From: Candidatus Poribacteria bacterium | Lineage (GTDB): Bacteria; Poribacteria; WGA-4E; WGA-3G | DNA length: 64,000 nt | Reading direction: 5' to 3' | Assembly: GCA_963663765.2 (NCBI GenBank) | Contig: CAXXUA010000002.1 | Location: 128,001 to 192,000 of the forward strand | In this document: positions 10,397 through 21,096 of the stretch, in pieces | Layout: the number at the start of each line of letters is the position of its first letter | How positions within the stretch are numbered: the first letter of the stretch is position 1 | Position numbers and translations under genes: made by a program | The notes under the pieces: generated by a model | The model's input: the letters and a program-made list of their open reading frames with translations, nothing else | Told to the model about the DNA's origin: nothing | The model's database searches: none

Positions 10397-10984
10397 ATGA
10401 CTTATGTATCAGCGCGCAAAGCAAGTGAGCTGCTGGATTATACACCTGACCATTTACGGAGGTTGGCAAATGAAGGAAAGATTGATATTATCCGCACAGG
10501 AGGCGGACACAGACGCTATGATGTTGACGGATACATCAAAAGCAAATCCACATCAATTGCAACTGTTTGCTACTGCAGAGTATCCAGCACAAAGCAAAGA
10601 GAAGACCTTGAACGACAAGTTGAATATATGCGAAGTATCTACCCCGAAGCAGAAGTTATCCGAGACATCGGAAGCGGAATCAACTTCAAAAGAAAAGGGC
10701 TTAGAACCTTATTGGAACGGCTTATGCAAGGTGATAAGCTCAAAGTTGTTATTGCCCATCGGGATAGACTCGCCCGCTTCGGTATCGACCTTATACGGTA
10801 CCTCATTGAACAAAACGGTGGCGAACTCGTGGTTCTCGATCAAACAGAACACAGTCCGCAAGAAGAACTCACGTCGGATCTTCTCGCAATCCTGCACGTC
10901 TTCAGTTACAGAATGCACGGACTCCGAAGTTACCGTGACAAAATCAAAGAAGATAAGAGTTTATCCGACAACAGAACAACGTGA
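10397..10984 (+). CDS. tnpA: IS607 transposase TnpA (HTH + serine recombinase)
   Basis: N-terminal HTH with TGGGHRRY, catalytic YCRVSS, DIGSGINFKR, DRLARFG. Confidence 0.95.
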   Translation: MTYVSARKASELLDYTPDHLRRLANEGKIDIIRTGGGHRRYDVDGYIKSKSTSIATVCYCRVSSTKQREDLERQVEYMRSIYPEAEVIRDIGSGINFKRKGLRTLLERLMQGDKLKVVIAHRDRLARFGIDLIRYLIEQNGGELVVLDQTEHSPQEELTSDLLAILHVFSYRMHGLRSYRDKIKEDKSLSDNRTT

Positions 10985-12053
10985 AACACTGCGTCAGTGG
11001 TTTGGCACAGCACGTTTTACTTATAATAAAACAATTGCTTTGTTGAACGAAACAGACACAAAAGCGAATTGGAAAGCGATAAAAACAGGTATTCTTCACG
11101 ATCTTCCTGATTGGAGCAAAGAAACACCGTATCAAGTGAAATCTGTTGCTATCCGTGACGCTTGTATTGCTGTCCGAGAAGCAAAGCGAAAATGCAAGAA
11201 AACAGGTCAATATCAGTCTGTTTTTTTCAAATCCAAACGTCATCCATCAGATAGTATTTTCATACCAAAGTCTGCTATAAAACCTCGCGGTGTTTATCAC
11301 ACAGTGCTTGGTGATCTCAAAATGTCCGAGATGTTACCTGATAATATCTGTGACTCACGCCTCGTGAAAGAGAATGATAAATACTATCTCTGTGTTTCCT
11401 ATACTGTGACAACTCCGAAGCGAAAACCAAACGGAAGTGTTGTTGCTTTAGACCCTGGCGTGAGAACATTCCTCACATATTTCCATGAGCGTGGTTTCGG
11501 ATGGCTTGGACACCATGCTATCAATCGGATTCAAAGACTTTGTTCATACCTTGATAATCTTTTATCCCGTGCAATAAAAGCGACACAACAATCACGCAAG
11601 AATATGAGACGTGCTGCAAATCGCATCAGAAAACGTATCAGATATCTTGTTGACGAGTTGCATCATAAAATAGCACGTTTCCTTGTGGATACCTTTGATA
11701 TTATCCTACTCCCTACTTTTGAGACTTCAGATATGGTAATGCGTGGAAACCGCAAACTACACAAGAAGTCTGCCCGACAAATGTTGACACTGTCGCACTA
11801 CAGATTCAAACAGTTTCTAAAGCACAAAGCGAAAGAGACTGAATGTCTCGTCATTGATGTCTGTGAAGCATACACATCAAAAACAGTGTCGTGGAATGGT
11901 GAGATTAGAAAATCACTCGGTGGACGAAAGATAATAAAAGATAGCATGGGACTCAAGATGGACAGAGACTTGAATGGCGCACGCGGGATATTTTTGCGTG
12001 CTTTGGTAGATGAACCCTGGTTGCTTTCTATAAGCAACTTGCAAACCGTATAA
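10404..12053 (+). CDS. tnpB: IS607 TnpB with Fanzor-like rearranged RuvC; true start uncertain
   Basis: KIRVYPT..QWFGTARFTYN, ALDPGVRTF, ILLPTFE, CEAYTSK, DRDLNGARGI. Confidence 0.9.
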   Translation: MYQRAKQVSCWIIHLTIYGGWQMKERLILSAQEADTDAMMLTDTSKANPHQLQLFATAEYPAQSKEKTLNDKLNICEVSTPKQKLSETSEAESTSKEKGLEPYWNGLCKVISSKLLLPIGIDSPASVSTLYGTSLNKTVANSWFSIKQNTVRKKNSRRIFSQSCTSSVTECTDSEVTVTKSKKIRVYPTTEQRETLRQWFGTARFTYNKTIALLNETDTKANWKAIKTGILHDLPDWSKETPYQVKSVAIRDACIAVREAKRKCKKTGQYQSVFFKSKRHPSDSIFIPKSAIKPRGVYHTVLGDLKMSEMLPDNICDSRLVKENDKYYLCVSYTVTTPKRKPNGSVVALDPGVRTFLTYFHERGFGWLGHHAINRIQRLCSYLDNLLSRAIKATQQSRKNMRRAANRIRKRIRYLVDELHHKIARFLVDTFDIILLPTFETSDMVMRGNRKLHKKSARQMLTLSHYRFKQFLKHKAKETECLVIDVCEAYTSKTVSWNGEIRKSLGGRKIIKDSMGLKMDRDLNGARGIFLRALVDEPWLLSISNLQTV

Positions 12054-12111
12054 GATGTGAAATGCACAGCATTGCACGGAAATATACAGGTTAATATCAT
12101 CGGAGTAAATT

Positions 12112-13005
12112 GTGTTGAAGAGATTTCGTGTTTTTTTATTGTTGATACTATTGTTTTGCTTGAGTCCTATCATAATGGGGAACGACACAGCAAAAGTCTA
12201 CTTACCGGACAACCTCGGCAGTTCTTGGGTTTATGTAGATCAAGATGGAAAGGAATTCACTCGTTACGCTGTTGAGGAAAAAGCTATTGATGGCGACATC
12301 TTTCGTGCTTTCAACTATGAACCTGAAATAGAAGATTGGGAACAATATCGGTATCATATACACACATCTCTATATCAGGTCGCTGAAGAGTGGGTTGCAT
12401 TCTACGTTGGTAAGGACATTGAAAACGCTACAAAAACAATCCTCGGTAAACGATTAGAAGATATTATTGCTAAATTACGTCAACAAACAGCAATAAAACT
12501 ACCAGCAGGAATCACCATAGACTTCAAACACTCAGTTAAGCCTAATTCCAAAGATTTTTTCTATCTTTTACCTACGAAAATAACTCTAAATCAAGAATGG
12601 GTAGCTATGCAACTTGATATAAATATGAAAATAACTATGGATATTAAAGGCGCCCCTGTTGACATATCAAATGAATTAAAAACCATTTCATCAACAATAA
12701 ATGTTGTTGAGAAAGGGAACATCATTGGAAGAGAGAATGTGAAAACCGAAGCGGGAACTTTTAAAAATTGTCTGAAAATTGAATATCGCTCATTAACTAC
12801 AACAAAAACAACCGCTGCTTCAGAGATAAAGCAACTACTACCTGAACAGAAACCAAATGAAACTACTACCACACTTTGGTTAGCACCTAATGTCGGAATT
12901 GTCAAATTTACAAGCGAGAAGGAACAATCTGACGAAAAAACCATATACGAACTGAAAAGTTACGAAATAAAATCTGATGATTCGGACATCAGTGATAATA
13001 ATTAA
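12112..13005 (+). CDS. Secreted protein, one repeat of a DUF3108-like beta-rich domain
   Basis: Signal peptide; W.Y.DQDG.E and V.T.AGTF..CLKI.Y...TLWLAPNVGIVK motifs; GTG start. Confidence 0.65.
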   Translation: MLKRFRVFLLLILLFCLSPIIMGNDTAKVYLPDNLGSSWVYVDQDGKEFTRYAVEEKAIDGDIFRAFNYEPEIEDWEQYRYHIHTSLYQVAEEWVAFYVGKDIENATKTILGKRLEDIIAKLRQQTAIKLPAGITIDFKHSVKPNSKDFFYLLPTKITLNQEWVAMQLDINMKITMDIKGAPVDISNELKTISSTINVVEKGNIIGRENVKTEAGTFKNCLKIEYRSLTTTKTTAASEIKQLLPEQKPNETTTTLWLAPNVGIVKFTSEKEQSDEKTIYELKSYEIKSDDSDISDNN

Positions 13006-13057
13006 CCAACAGAACTATTTATTTTCAAAACTTTCTGCTATTTTTTGAGGAGCAATT

Positions 13058-15787
13058 ATGCTTAAGAGAATCTGTTATCTCATGTTGATCATATTTATGT
13101 TTTGCTTATGTGCTACTTTGTTGGGTGAAGAGTCTATGAAAGATTTCTTTCCTGTAACTCATGGAAGTACTTGGGTATATGTCGACCAAGATGGAAATGA
13201 AATGACATTAAGCACAATTGAAGGTGAAGAAATTGCAGACAAGATATATCACGGATTTAGCCAAGAACCTGAAATAAAGGATTGGATAAACTTCAATCGT
13301 TTTATGCTTCCAACGCTGTGTCATATTGGAGAAGAAAATATTCAATTCCTCGTTGGAGATGAAGTAGAAAAAGCAGTCAAAGCGCGATTCAACAGAGAAT
13401 TTACACTTTTGTCTAAGTTAGCAAAGAACGCAATAGAGAACGAATTACCAGACGAAGTGAATGCCAGTGTCAAACTCAATTATGATGTTGAAGTGGAATC
13501 AGATGACCACTTCAATCTGCTGATGGTCAAAGCTGCACCTGAAGAAGAATGGGACACAATTCAAATCAAAGCAAAAGTGGAAATGGAATACGACATAAAG
13601 GGTATCCCAGACTTTCCAAATGCTGAAGAGATACCTACATTCACCTTTAACTTTACTATTAATGAATCTGGAAAGATCCTTGGAATGGAAACTGTTAAGA
13701 CCGCTGCTGGAACATTTGAAGATTGCTTGAAAATTGAATACAGAACTGAAACTGAAATGAAGTCAAACGCACCAGCAGGCGACCCTGAGGAATCTCCAGG
13801 TGAATCAATTACGACTTTATGGTTAGCTCCTAATGTTGGCATTGTAAAATTTCATCAAGAATCAAAGATGATATTTATGAGTATGTTGTCAGAAAGAGAC
13901 CTTGTACAGACTTCACCGTCTGAGCAAGAGGTTACTGAAATCACTAAACCAAAAGTAAGAACCTTTGAACTCAAGAAATATGAAATCAAAACAGGTGATA
14001 AAGGAAGCAAAGAGATAATATCTAAAAATGAAACCGAAACAGAAAATGAACAACCAAAAAATGCTGCAAAATCACATAATTATTTTCCAAATACCTTGGA
14101 TAGTTTTTGGGTTTATGAAGATCAGGATGGTACTGAACTGAAACGCATTGCTATTGAGGGAGAGGAAATTGCTGGAGAAATATATCCTGCTTTCAGTTAT
14201 GAACCTGAGTTAGAAGACTGGGTAAAATATAACTGTTTCATGTATCCATCTTTATACAACATTAGCGATGAGGGTATAAAGCTTGTTGTAGGTGAAGAGA
14301 TAAAGAAATCAGTTAAAACACGCTTGAAAAAAGAAATAGATTTAGCCTTTGGAAAACTCTTAGAAACTGCACCAGAAGGAGCAAGTATTGATTCTGAAAT
14401 TGATGTCAAGGGACAAGACAAATTTCTTTTGCTTCCGAATGAAACTGTTGGAAATGAAGATTGGGATTCAAACAAAGTTGAAGCTAAAATAAAATTGACA
14501 TTTAGTGAGGCGGGTATTCCGGAACCGCATTCAATGACTTTCAATTTCACGATAATTGAGACTGGAATTGTGGTGGGGAAAGAAACTGTAAAAGTTCCTG
14601 CTGGAACCTATGAAAATTGTCTGAAGGTACAATACATAACAGATACAACCCTTTCAACGATTCCTGAGGAAATTGTTGATGATACAGATCCTGCTGGTGA
14701 AACCGTTACAACCTTATGGTTTGCAGAAAATGTCGGTATCGTCAAATTTCATCAGAAACGCAAACACACCTTTATAGAAATAATCCCAGATGATGATTTG
14801 CCATTTGCACCCGAGGATCCAAAAGACATTACCTTTGAACTCAAAAAATTTGCAATAAATACTGGTGATAAAGGAAGCGATGAGATAAAATCAGAAAATG
14901 AAAACAAAGTAGAAAACGAACAACCAAGAAATGAACAAACTGTAAAAGACGCTGCAAAATCACATAATTATTTTCCAAATACCTTGGATAGTTTTTGGGT
15001 TTATGAAGATCAGGATGGTACTGAACTGAAACGCATTGCTATTGAGGGAGAGGAAATTGCTGGAGAAATATATCCTGCTTTCAGTTATGAACCTGAGTTA
15101 GAGAATTTCACAAAATTCATTTCTTTCATGCATCCATCTTTATACAACATTAGCGATAAAGGAATAAAACTTGTTGTTAGTGAGGAGTTGAAAAAATTTG
15201 TTAAAGCAAGTCTGAAAAATGAAATGGACTTTTTAATAGATAAAAATAGAGAATTAATGACAGAAAATGAAAAAATTGACTTTGATATAGAAGTACAGAC
15301 ACAAGACAACTTACTCCTTTTATCCAACACCACAGTCATAAATGAGGAATGGGATGTAAACGAGGTTGAAGCTAAGATAAAACTAACAGTTAGTGATAAG
15401 GATCAACAAAGACCACAAGAAGAAATAACTTTCAATTTCACGATAATTGAATCAGGAAATGTGATTGGTAAAGAAACAGTTATAGTGTCTGCAGGAACAT
15501 TTCAAGAATGTCTCAAAGTTGTGTATAAAACTGAAACTTCGTTTTCAATGATGCCAGATGATGATTCTGATGAAACAGATCCGCCAGGAGAAACTGTAAC
15601 AACCTTGTGGTTTGCACCAAATGTAGGTATCGTCAAGTTTCATCAGAAAAGAAAATATACTTTCTTGGAGATTATTCCTGATGATGCAGGATTTCCAATG
15701 CCACCCGATCCAAAGGACATTACCTTAGAACTTAAAAAATATGAAATCAAGACTACAGAACCTGTAATTGATGAACAGGGTAAATAA
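13058..15787 (+). CDS. Secreted protein, three repeats of the same domain
   Basis: Signal peptide; three DQDG...[13 protein letters not shown] units. Confidence 0.7.
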   Translation: MLKRICYLMLIIFMFCLCATLLGEESMKDFFPVTHGSTWVYVDQDGNEMTLSTIEGEEIADKIYHGFSQEPEIKDWINFNRFMLPTLCHIGEENIQFLVGDEVEKAVKARFNREFTLLSKLAKNAIENELPDEVNASVKLNYDVEVESDDHFNLLMVKAAPEEEWDTIQIKAKVEMEYDIKGIPDFPNAEEIPTFTFNFTINESGKILGMETVKTAAGTFEDCLKIEYRTETEMKSNAPAGDPEESPGESITTLWLAPNVGIVKFHQESKMIFMSMLSERDLVQTSPSEQEVTEITKPKVRTFELKKYEIKTGDKGSKEIISKNETETENEQPKNAAKSHNYFPNTLDSFWVYEDQDGTELKRIAIEGEEIAGEIYPAFSYEPELEDWVKYNCFMYPSLYNISDEGIKLVVGEEIKKSVKTRLKKEIDLAFGKLLETAPEGASIDSEIDVKGQDKFLLLPNETVGNEDWDSNKVEAKIKLTFSEAGIPEPHSMTFNFTIIETGIVVGKETVKVPAGTYENCLKVQYITDTTLSTIPEEIVDDTDPAGETVTTLWFAENVGIVKFHQKRKHTFIEIIPDDDLPFAPEDPKDITFELKKFAINTGDKGSDEIKSENENKVENEQPRNEQTVKDAAKSHNYFPNTLDSFWVYEDQDGTELKRIAIEGEEIAGEIYPAFSYEPELENFTKFISFMHPSLYNISDKGIKLVVSEELKKFVKASLKNEMDFLIDKNRELMTENEKIDFDIEVQTQDNLLLLSNTTVINEEWDVNEVEAKIKLTVSDKDQQRPQEEITFNFTIIESGNVIGKETVIVSAGTFQECLKVVYKTETSFSMMPDDDSDETDPPGETVTTLWFAPNVGIVKFHQKRKYTFLEIIPDDAGFPMPPDPKDITLELKKYEIKTTEPVIDEQGK

Positions 15788-15825
15788 CGATTTCATTTTG
15801 ATTCAATACAAACTGGAGTAAATTT

Positions 15826-17643
15826 ATGTTGAAAAAACTATGGAACACTATTGCATTACTTTTCATTTTTTCGTTTTGTATGACTCTATCCGCAAATGAC
15901 ACATTGCAAACATATTTTCCAGCAACTCCTGATAGTTTTTGGGTTTATGAAGATCAGGATGGTACTGAACTGAAACGAATTGCTATTGAGGGAGAGGAAA
16001 TTGCTGGAGAAATATATCCTGCTTTCAGTTATGAACCTGAGTTAGAAGACTGGGCAAAATATAACTGTTTCATGTATCCATCTTTATACAACATTACCGA
16101 TGAGGGTATAAAGCTTGTTGTAGGTGAAGAGATAAAGAAATCAGTTAAAGCACGTCTAAAAAAAGAAACAGATACTGTCGTTAAAATGGTGTTAGCGGAC
16201 AACTCAGATGAAATAAAACTTGACTCTGAAATTGATGTCAAGGGACAAGAAAATTTTCTTTTGCTTCCAAAAGAAATAGTGGAAAATGAAGAATGGGATG
16301 CAAACAAAGTTGTAACTAAGATTAAATTGACATTTAGCGATTTGAATAATCCAACACCAGAAGAAATGACTTTCAATTTCACGATAATTGAGACTGGAAT
16401 TGTGGTGGGGAAAGAAACTGTAAAAGTTCCTGCTGGAACCTATGAAAATTGTCTAAAGGTACAATACAAAACAGATACAACCCTTTCAACAATTCCTGCT
16501 TATGAAGTTGATGATACAGAACCTGCTGGTGAAACAGTTACAACCCTATGGTTTGCACCAAATGTCGGTATCGTCAAATTTCATCAGAAACGAAATTACA
16601 CATTTTTGGAAATAATTCCAGAAGATGAATTACAAATTCCCTCCGATCCAAAAGACATAACTTTTGAGCTCAAGAAATATGAAATCAAGACTGGTGATAA
16701 AGGTAGCGATGCGATAAAATCAGAAAATAAAAACAAAGTAGAAAACGAGCAGCTAAAAAAAGAACAAACTGTAAAAGACGCTGCAAAATCACATAATTAT
16801 TTTCCAAATACCTTGAATAGTTTCTGGATATACGAAGACCAAGATGGAAACGAATTGACTCGTAATGCAATTGAAGGTGAAGAAATTGCTGGAGAAATAT
16901 ATCCTGCTTTCAGTTATGAACCTGAGTTAGAGGATTTCTCAAAATTCACTTCTTTCATGCATCCATCTTTATACAACATAAGCGATAAAGGAATAAAACT
17001 TGTTGTTAGTGAGGAGTTGAAAAAATATGTTAAAGCACGTCTGAAAAATGAAATGGACTATTTTATAGATAAAAATAGAGAATTAATGACAGAAAATGAA
17101 AAAGATCACTTTGACATAGAAGTTGACTTTGACATAGAAGTACAGACACAAGACAACTTACTCCTTTTATCCAACACCACAGTCATAAATGAGGAATGGG
17201 ATGTAAACGAGGTTGAAGCTAAGATAAAAATAACAGTTAGTGATAAAAATCAACAAAGACCACAAGAAGAACGAAGTTTTAATTTCACGATAATTGAATC
17301 AGGAAATGTGATTGGTAAAGAAACAGTTATAGTGTCTGCAGGAACATTTCAAGAGTGTCTCAAAGTTGTGTATAAAACTGAAACTTCGTTTTCAACGACA
17401 CCAGATATAGGAGAAGCTGGTTATGATGAAATAGATCCACCAGGAGAAACTGTAACAACCTTGTGGTTTGCACCAAATGTAGGTATCGTCAAGTTTCATC
17501 AGAAAAGAAAATATACTTTCTTGGAGATTATTCCTGATGATGCAGGATTTCCAATACCACCCGATCCAAAGGACATTACCTTTGAACTTAAAAAATATGA
17601 AATCAAGACTACAGAACCTGCAATTGATGAACAAGGTAACTAA
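15826..17643 (+). CDS. Secreted protein, two repeats of the same domain
   Basis: Signal peptide; two units nearly identical in long stretches to domains 2-3 of the preceding gene. Confidence 0.7.
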   Translation: MLKKLWNTIALLFIFSFCMTLSANDTLQTYFPATPDSFWVYEDQDGTELKRIAIEGEEIAGEIYPAFSYEPELEDWAKYNCFMYPSLYNITDEGIKLVVGEEIKKSVKARLKKETDTVVKMVLADNSDEIKLDSEIDVKGQENFLLLPKEIVENEEWDANKVVTKIKLTFSDLNNPTPEEMTFNFTIIETGIVVGKETVKVPAGTYENCLKVQYKTDTTLSTIPAYEVDDTEPAGETVTTLWFAPNVGIVKFHQKRNYTFLEIIPEDELQIPSDPKDITFELKKYEIKTGDKGSDAIKSENKNKVENEQLKKEQTVKDAAKSHNYFPNTLNSFWIYEDQDGNELTRNAIEGEEIAGEIYPAFSYEPELEDFSKFTSFMHPSLYNISDKGIKLVVSEELKKYVKARLKNEMDYFIDKNRELMTENEKDHFDIEVDFDIEVQTQDNLLLLSNTTVINEEWDVNEVEAKIKITVSDKNQQRPQEERSFNFTIIESGNVIGKETVIVSAGTFQECLKVVYKTETSFSTTPDIGEAGYDEIDPPGETVTTLWFAPNVGIVKFHQKRKYTFLEIIPDDAGFPIPPDPKDITFELKKYEIKTTEPAIDEQGN

Positions 17644-17682
17644 CGATTTCATTTTGATTCAATACAAAACTGGAGTAAATTT

Positions 17683-18570
17683 ATGTTGAAAAAACTATGG
17701 AACACTATTGCATTACTAATCATTTTTTCGTTTTGTATGACTCTATCCGCAAATGACACACTGCAAACATATTTTCCTGCAACTCCCGGTAGTTTCTGGC
17801 TATATGAAGACCAAGATGGAAATGAAATAACGCGCCGTGCAATTGATGGTGAAGAAATTGCTGGTGAAACATATTACGCTTTTGAATATGAACCCGCATT
17901 TGAAGATTGGGAAAACTACGAATACTATATCCATCCAATGCTATTTAAAATTGATGATGATGGTATTAAAGTCATCATCGGAGACGAGGTCAAAAATGCA
18001 TATAAAGAAATAATTGAAAATGAGATAAAATCAACAATGGAAGAGACTCCAGCACCACCGGAATTTAATCTAAAATTTGATGTCAAAGTTGATGTTGAAG
18101 CACAAGATCACTTCTTATTACTACCGACACAGTTATCCCTTAATGAAAAATGGAAATCAATACGGATAAAACCATCTATCAAGATTATATACTCAATGAT
18201 AAGCGATGAAGTTGATACGGAGTTAGCAGGTTTTTCCCAAGCGGTTACAGTTTATTTCACTATAATGGAATCAGGGATGATCACCAGTAAAGAATCCGTT
18301 GAAACTGAAGCAGGAAAATTTGAGAACTGTCTGAAAATTGTATATAGAACAGAAACCGTTATGCCAAATTTACCCGGTAATGATCAAACTGAAATTGGTG
18401 AATCTGTTACGACATTGTGGTTAGCTCCAGATGTAGGTATCGTAAAGTTTCATCAGGAATCACAAACACCTATTGTACTAGAATTTGGCAATGATGAATC
18501 TACAACAGAAGTGAAAACACTTGAGTTAAAGAAGTATGAGATAAAATCGGATTCGTCGGAGGATGAATGA
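17683..18570 (+). CDS. Secreted protein, one repeat of the same domain
   Basis: Signal peptide almost identical to the previous gene; stop overlaps the hemB start (ATGA). Confidence 0.7.
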   Translation: MLKKLWNTIALLIIFSFCMTLSANDTLQTYFPATPGSFWLYEDQDGNEITRRAIDGEEIAGETYYAFEYEPAFEDWENYEYYIHPMLFKIDDDGIKVIIGDEVKNAYKEIIENEIKSTMEETPAPPEFNLKFDVKVDVEAQDHFLLLPTQLSLNEKWKSIRIKPSIKIIYSMISDEVDTELAGFSQAVTVYFTIMESGMITSKESVETEAGKFENCLKIVYRTETVMPNLPGNDQTEIGESVTTLWLAPDVGIVKFHQESQTPIVLEFGNDESTTEVKTLELKKYEIKSDSSEDE

Positions 18571-19544
18571 GCGTTTTTCCTATCTATCGTCCCAGACGAC
18601 TCCGTGCAAATGAAAATCTGAGAAGACTTGTACAGGAAACGCATCTCTCGGTAGATGATCTCATCTATCCCATGTTTGTAGTTCACGGAGAAAATGTAGA
18701 AAACGAAATACCTTCAATGCCCGGTTGTTTCCAATACTCCGTAGATCAACTTGTAGCAGCAGCGAAAGAACTTGTTTCACTTGGTATCCCTGGAACAATC
18801 TTGTTCGGTATCCCTGAAACGAAAGATGCAGTTGGATCTGAGGCTTATGCAGATGACGGAATCATTCAGCAAGCAATCCGTGCAATCAAAGATGCAGTCC
18901 CTGAGATGCTTGTCATTACAGATGTATGCCTTTGTGAGTATACTGACCACGGACATTGTGGCATCATTGAAGATGGTGATGTCCTAAACGACCCAACACT
19001 TGATTTGCTTGTCAAGGAGAGTTTATCGCATGCGCGTGCTGGTGCCGATGTAATTGCACCTTCGGATATGATGGATGGACGTGTTGGAGCAATTCGAGAA
19101 GCATTAGATGAGGATGGCTTTAAAAATATACCCATAATGGCATATTCAGCAAAATACGCATCTGCATTCTACGGTCCCTTTAGGGACGCAGCAGAATCAT
19201 CACCTCAATTCGGTGATAGAAGGTCATATCAAATGGATCCAGCAAATAGTGAAGAAGCACTACGAGAAGTTGCATTGGATATTGATGAAGGGGCAGATAT
19301 TGTGATGGTCAAACCTGCACTTTCATATTTGGATGTCATCTATCAGGTAAAATCGGAATATCAGATGCTTGTTGCTGCCTATAACGTCAGTGGAGAATAT
19401 GCTATGATTAAGGCAGCAGCACAGAACGGATGGATTGACGAGAAACGTGTTGCACTTGAGGTGTTAACAAGCATCAAACGCGCTGGGGCTGATATGATAT
19501 TAACTTATTTCGCAAAGTCTGTTGTTAAATGGCTAAACAATTAG
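18567..19544 (+). CDS. hemB: Porphobilinogen synthase
   Basis: [20 protein letters not shown] Zn site, [22 protein letters not shown]. Confidence 0.97.
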   Translation: MSVFPIYRPRRLRANENLRRLVQETHLSVDDLIYPMFVVHGENVENEIPSMPGCFQYSVDQLVAAAKELVSLGIPGTILFGIPETKDAVGSEAYADDGIIQQAIRAIKDAVPEMLVITDVCLCEYTDHGHCGIIEDGDVLNDPTLDLLVKESLSHARAGADVIAPSDMMDGRVGAIREALDEDGFKNIPIMAYSAKYASAFYGPFRDAAESSPQFGDRRSYQMDPANSEEALREVALDIDEGADIVMVKPALSYLDVIYQVKSEYQMLVAAYNVSGEYAMIKAAAQNGWIDEKRVALEVLTSIKRAGADMILTYFAKSVVKWLNN

Positions 19545-19623
19545 GTGTGTGAATAGAATCTAATACTTGTCTTAACTAAGACTTTACACAACCATCAAAC
19601 AAAATTTTTACGCAATCAGCATT

Positions 19624-19760
19624 TATAGTGAAATATACAATTAAGTTTACACTTGTTCTGTAGGAGCGATCTCCGAATCGCAACTGAACGCCTTGATAGT
19701 CGGGAATCGGAGTTCCCTCCTACACCTGAAAGTGTAAAAATAATTCTAAAATCCACTATA
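19624..19760. mobile_element. MITE with ~31-bp imperfect TIR (TATAGTG...CACTATA) and REP-like core
   Basis: Left TATAGTGAAATATACAATTAAGTTTACACTT vs right-end reverse complement TATAGTGGATTTTAGAATTATTTTTACACTT; a related end lies at about 49062-49090. Confidence 0.65.
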
Positions 19761-19800
19761 AAACTGGTTAATTCAACATGTTAGAAAATGGAGGAAATAA

Positions 19801-21084
19801 TTGGAGAGCAGCAAATCGTTAACAGCATGGCAAAAATCACAGCAGTTTATCCCTGGTGGTGTTAACAGTCCTGTGCGTAACTTCAGCAAGGTTGGCAAAC
19901 ATCCGCGTTTCATTGACAGGGGAAATGGGAGTAAGGTCTACGATATTGATGGAAACGAATATATTGATTACGTTGCATCATGGGGTCCATTAGTCTTGGG
20001 GCATGCACATCCTGACGTAGTGCAAGCCGTCACTGCAGCCGCTGCCAGCGGCACAAGTTTCGGAGCACCAACTCTACTGGAAACAGAGCTCGCTGAAATC
20101 ATCGTCAACGCAGTTCCTTCTATAGAGCAAGTTCGACTTGTAAACTCTGGTACCGAAGCAACAATGAGTGCTATTCGTGTTGCACGAGGATACACCGGAC
20201 GAGACAAGATACTAAAGATTGATGGATGCTATCACGGACATGTTGACTACCTATTAGCAAAAGCAGGTTCTGGAGTTGCTACTTTCGGTCTTTCTGATAG
20301 CGGCGGTGTACCAGAAGATTTTGCACGAAATACACTCACCGTTCCATTCAACGATCCTGATGCAGTGAAAAAAGCCATCGCTGCAAATACAGATAAAATT
20401 GCATGTCTTATTCTCGAACCCATCATGGGAAATATGGGTATCATCCCACCACGTGATGGGTACCTCGCCGAACTACGCGAAATCACAGAACAGAACGGTA
20501 TCGTACTTATCTTTGATGAAGTAATCACTGGATTCCGCGTTGCTTATGGTGGCGCACAGACATATTACAATGTGACACCTGATATGACCTGTCTTGGAAA
20601 GATAATCGGTGGCGGTCTACCTGTCGGTGCTTACGGTGGAAAACGCGAAATTATGCAGTGTGTTGCACCCGAAGGCGATGTTTATCAAGCAGGCACTTTA
20701 TCCGGTAATCCATTAGCAGTATCTGCAGGTATAACCACATTGAAAAAGTTGGCAGAATCAGCGGTTTATGAACAGCTTGAAGAAAGAGCAGCTAACCTTG
20801 CAAATGGACTTGCAGACGCAACACAAAAACATGGAATTGACGCATGCCATAGTCGAATAGGTTCAATGTTGATGCTCTATTTCACATCGGAAACGGTAAT
20901 AAATGCCGATGGCGCGCGCACTGCAGATACGGATCGTTTCCGTCAATATTTTTGGGGACTCCTTGAACGCGGTGTTTCCATCGCACCATCCCAATTTGAA
21001 GCAGGTTTTGTCTCATTAGTTCATACTGAAGACGATATAAACAGAACTGTCAAAGCCGCATCTGAAGTATTATCTCAATTATAG
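19801..21084 (+). CDS. hemL: Glutamate-1-semialdehyde 2,1-aminomutase
   Basis: [40 protein letters not shown]; TTG start after GGAGG. Confidence 0.97.
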   Translation: MESSKSLTAWQKSQQFIPGGVNSPVRNFSKVGKHPRFIDRGNGSKVYDIDGNEYIDYVASWGPLVLGHAHPDVVQAVTAAAASGTSFGAPTLLETELAEIIVNAVPSIEQVRLVNSGTEATMSAIRVARGYTGRDKILKIDGCYHGHVDYLLAKAGSGVATFGLSDSGGVPEDFARNTLTVPFNDPDAVKKAIAANTDKIACLILEPIMGNMGIIPPRDGYLAELREITEQNGIVLIFDEVITGFRVAYGGAQTYYNVTPDMTCLGKIIGGGLPVGAYGGKREIMQCVAPEGDVYQAGTLSGNPLAVSAGITTLKKLAESAVYEQLEERAANLANGLADATQKHGIDACHSRIGSMLMLYFTSETVINADGARTADTDRFRQYFWGLLERGVSIAPSQFEAGFVSLVHTEDDINRTVKAASEVLSQL

Positions 21085-21096
21085 CAAAGGAATTGA

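Larger units (their letters stand above)
10327..12103 (+). mobile_element. IS607-family element (tnpA + tnpB)
   Basis: Serine recombinase plus TnpB; candidate GG core dinucleotides at 10327-10328 and 12102-12103. Ends are inferred. Confidence 0.8.

Noticed and set aside
10327-12103. IS607 element as an IStron (group I intron hybrid)
   Set aside because: Only about 70 bp precede tnpA, too short for a group I core, and the insertion is intergenic.
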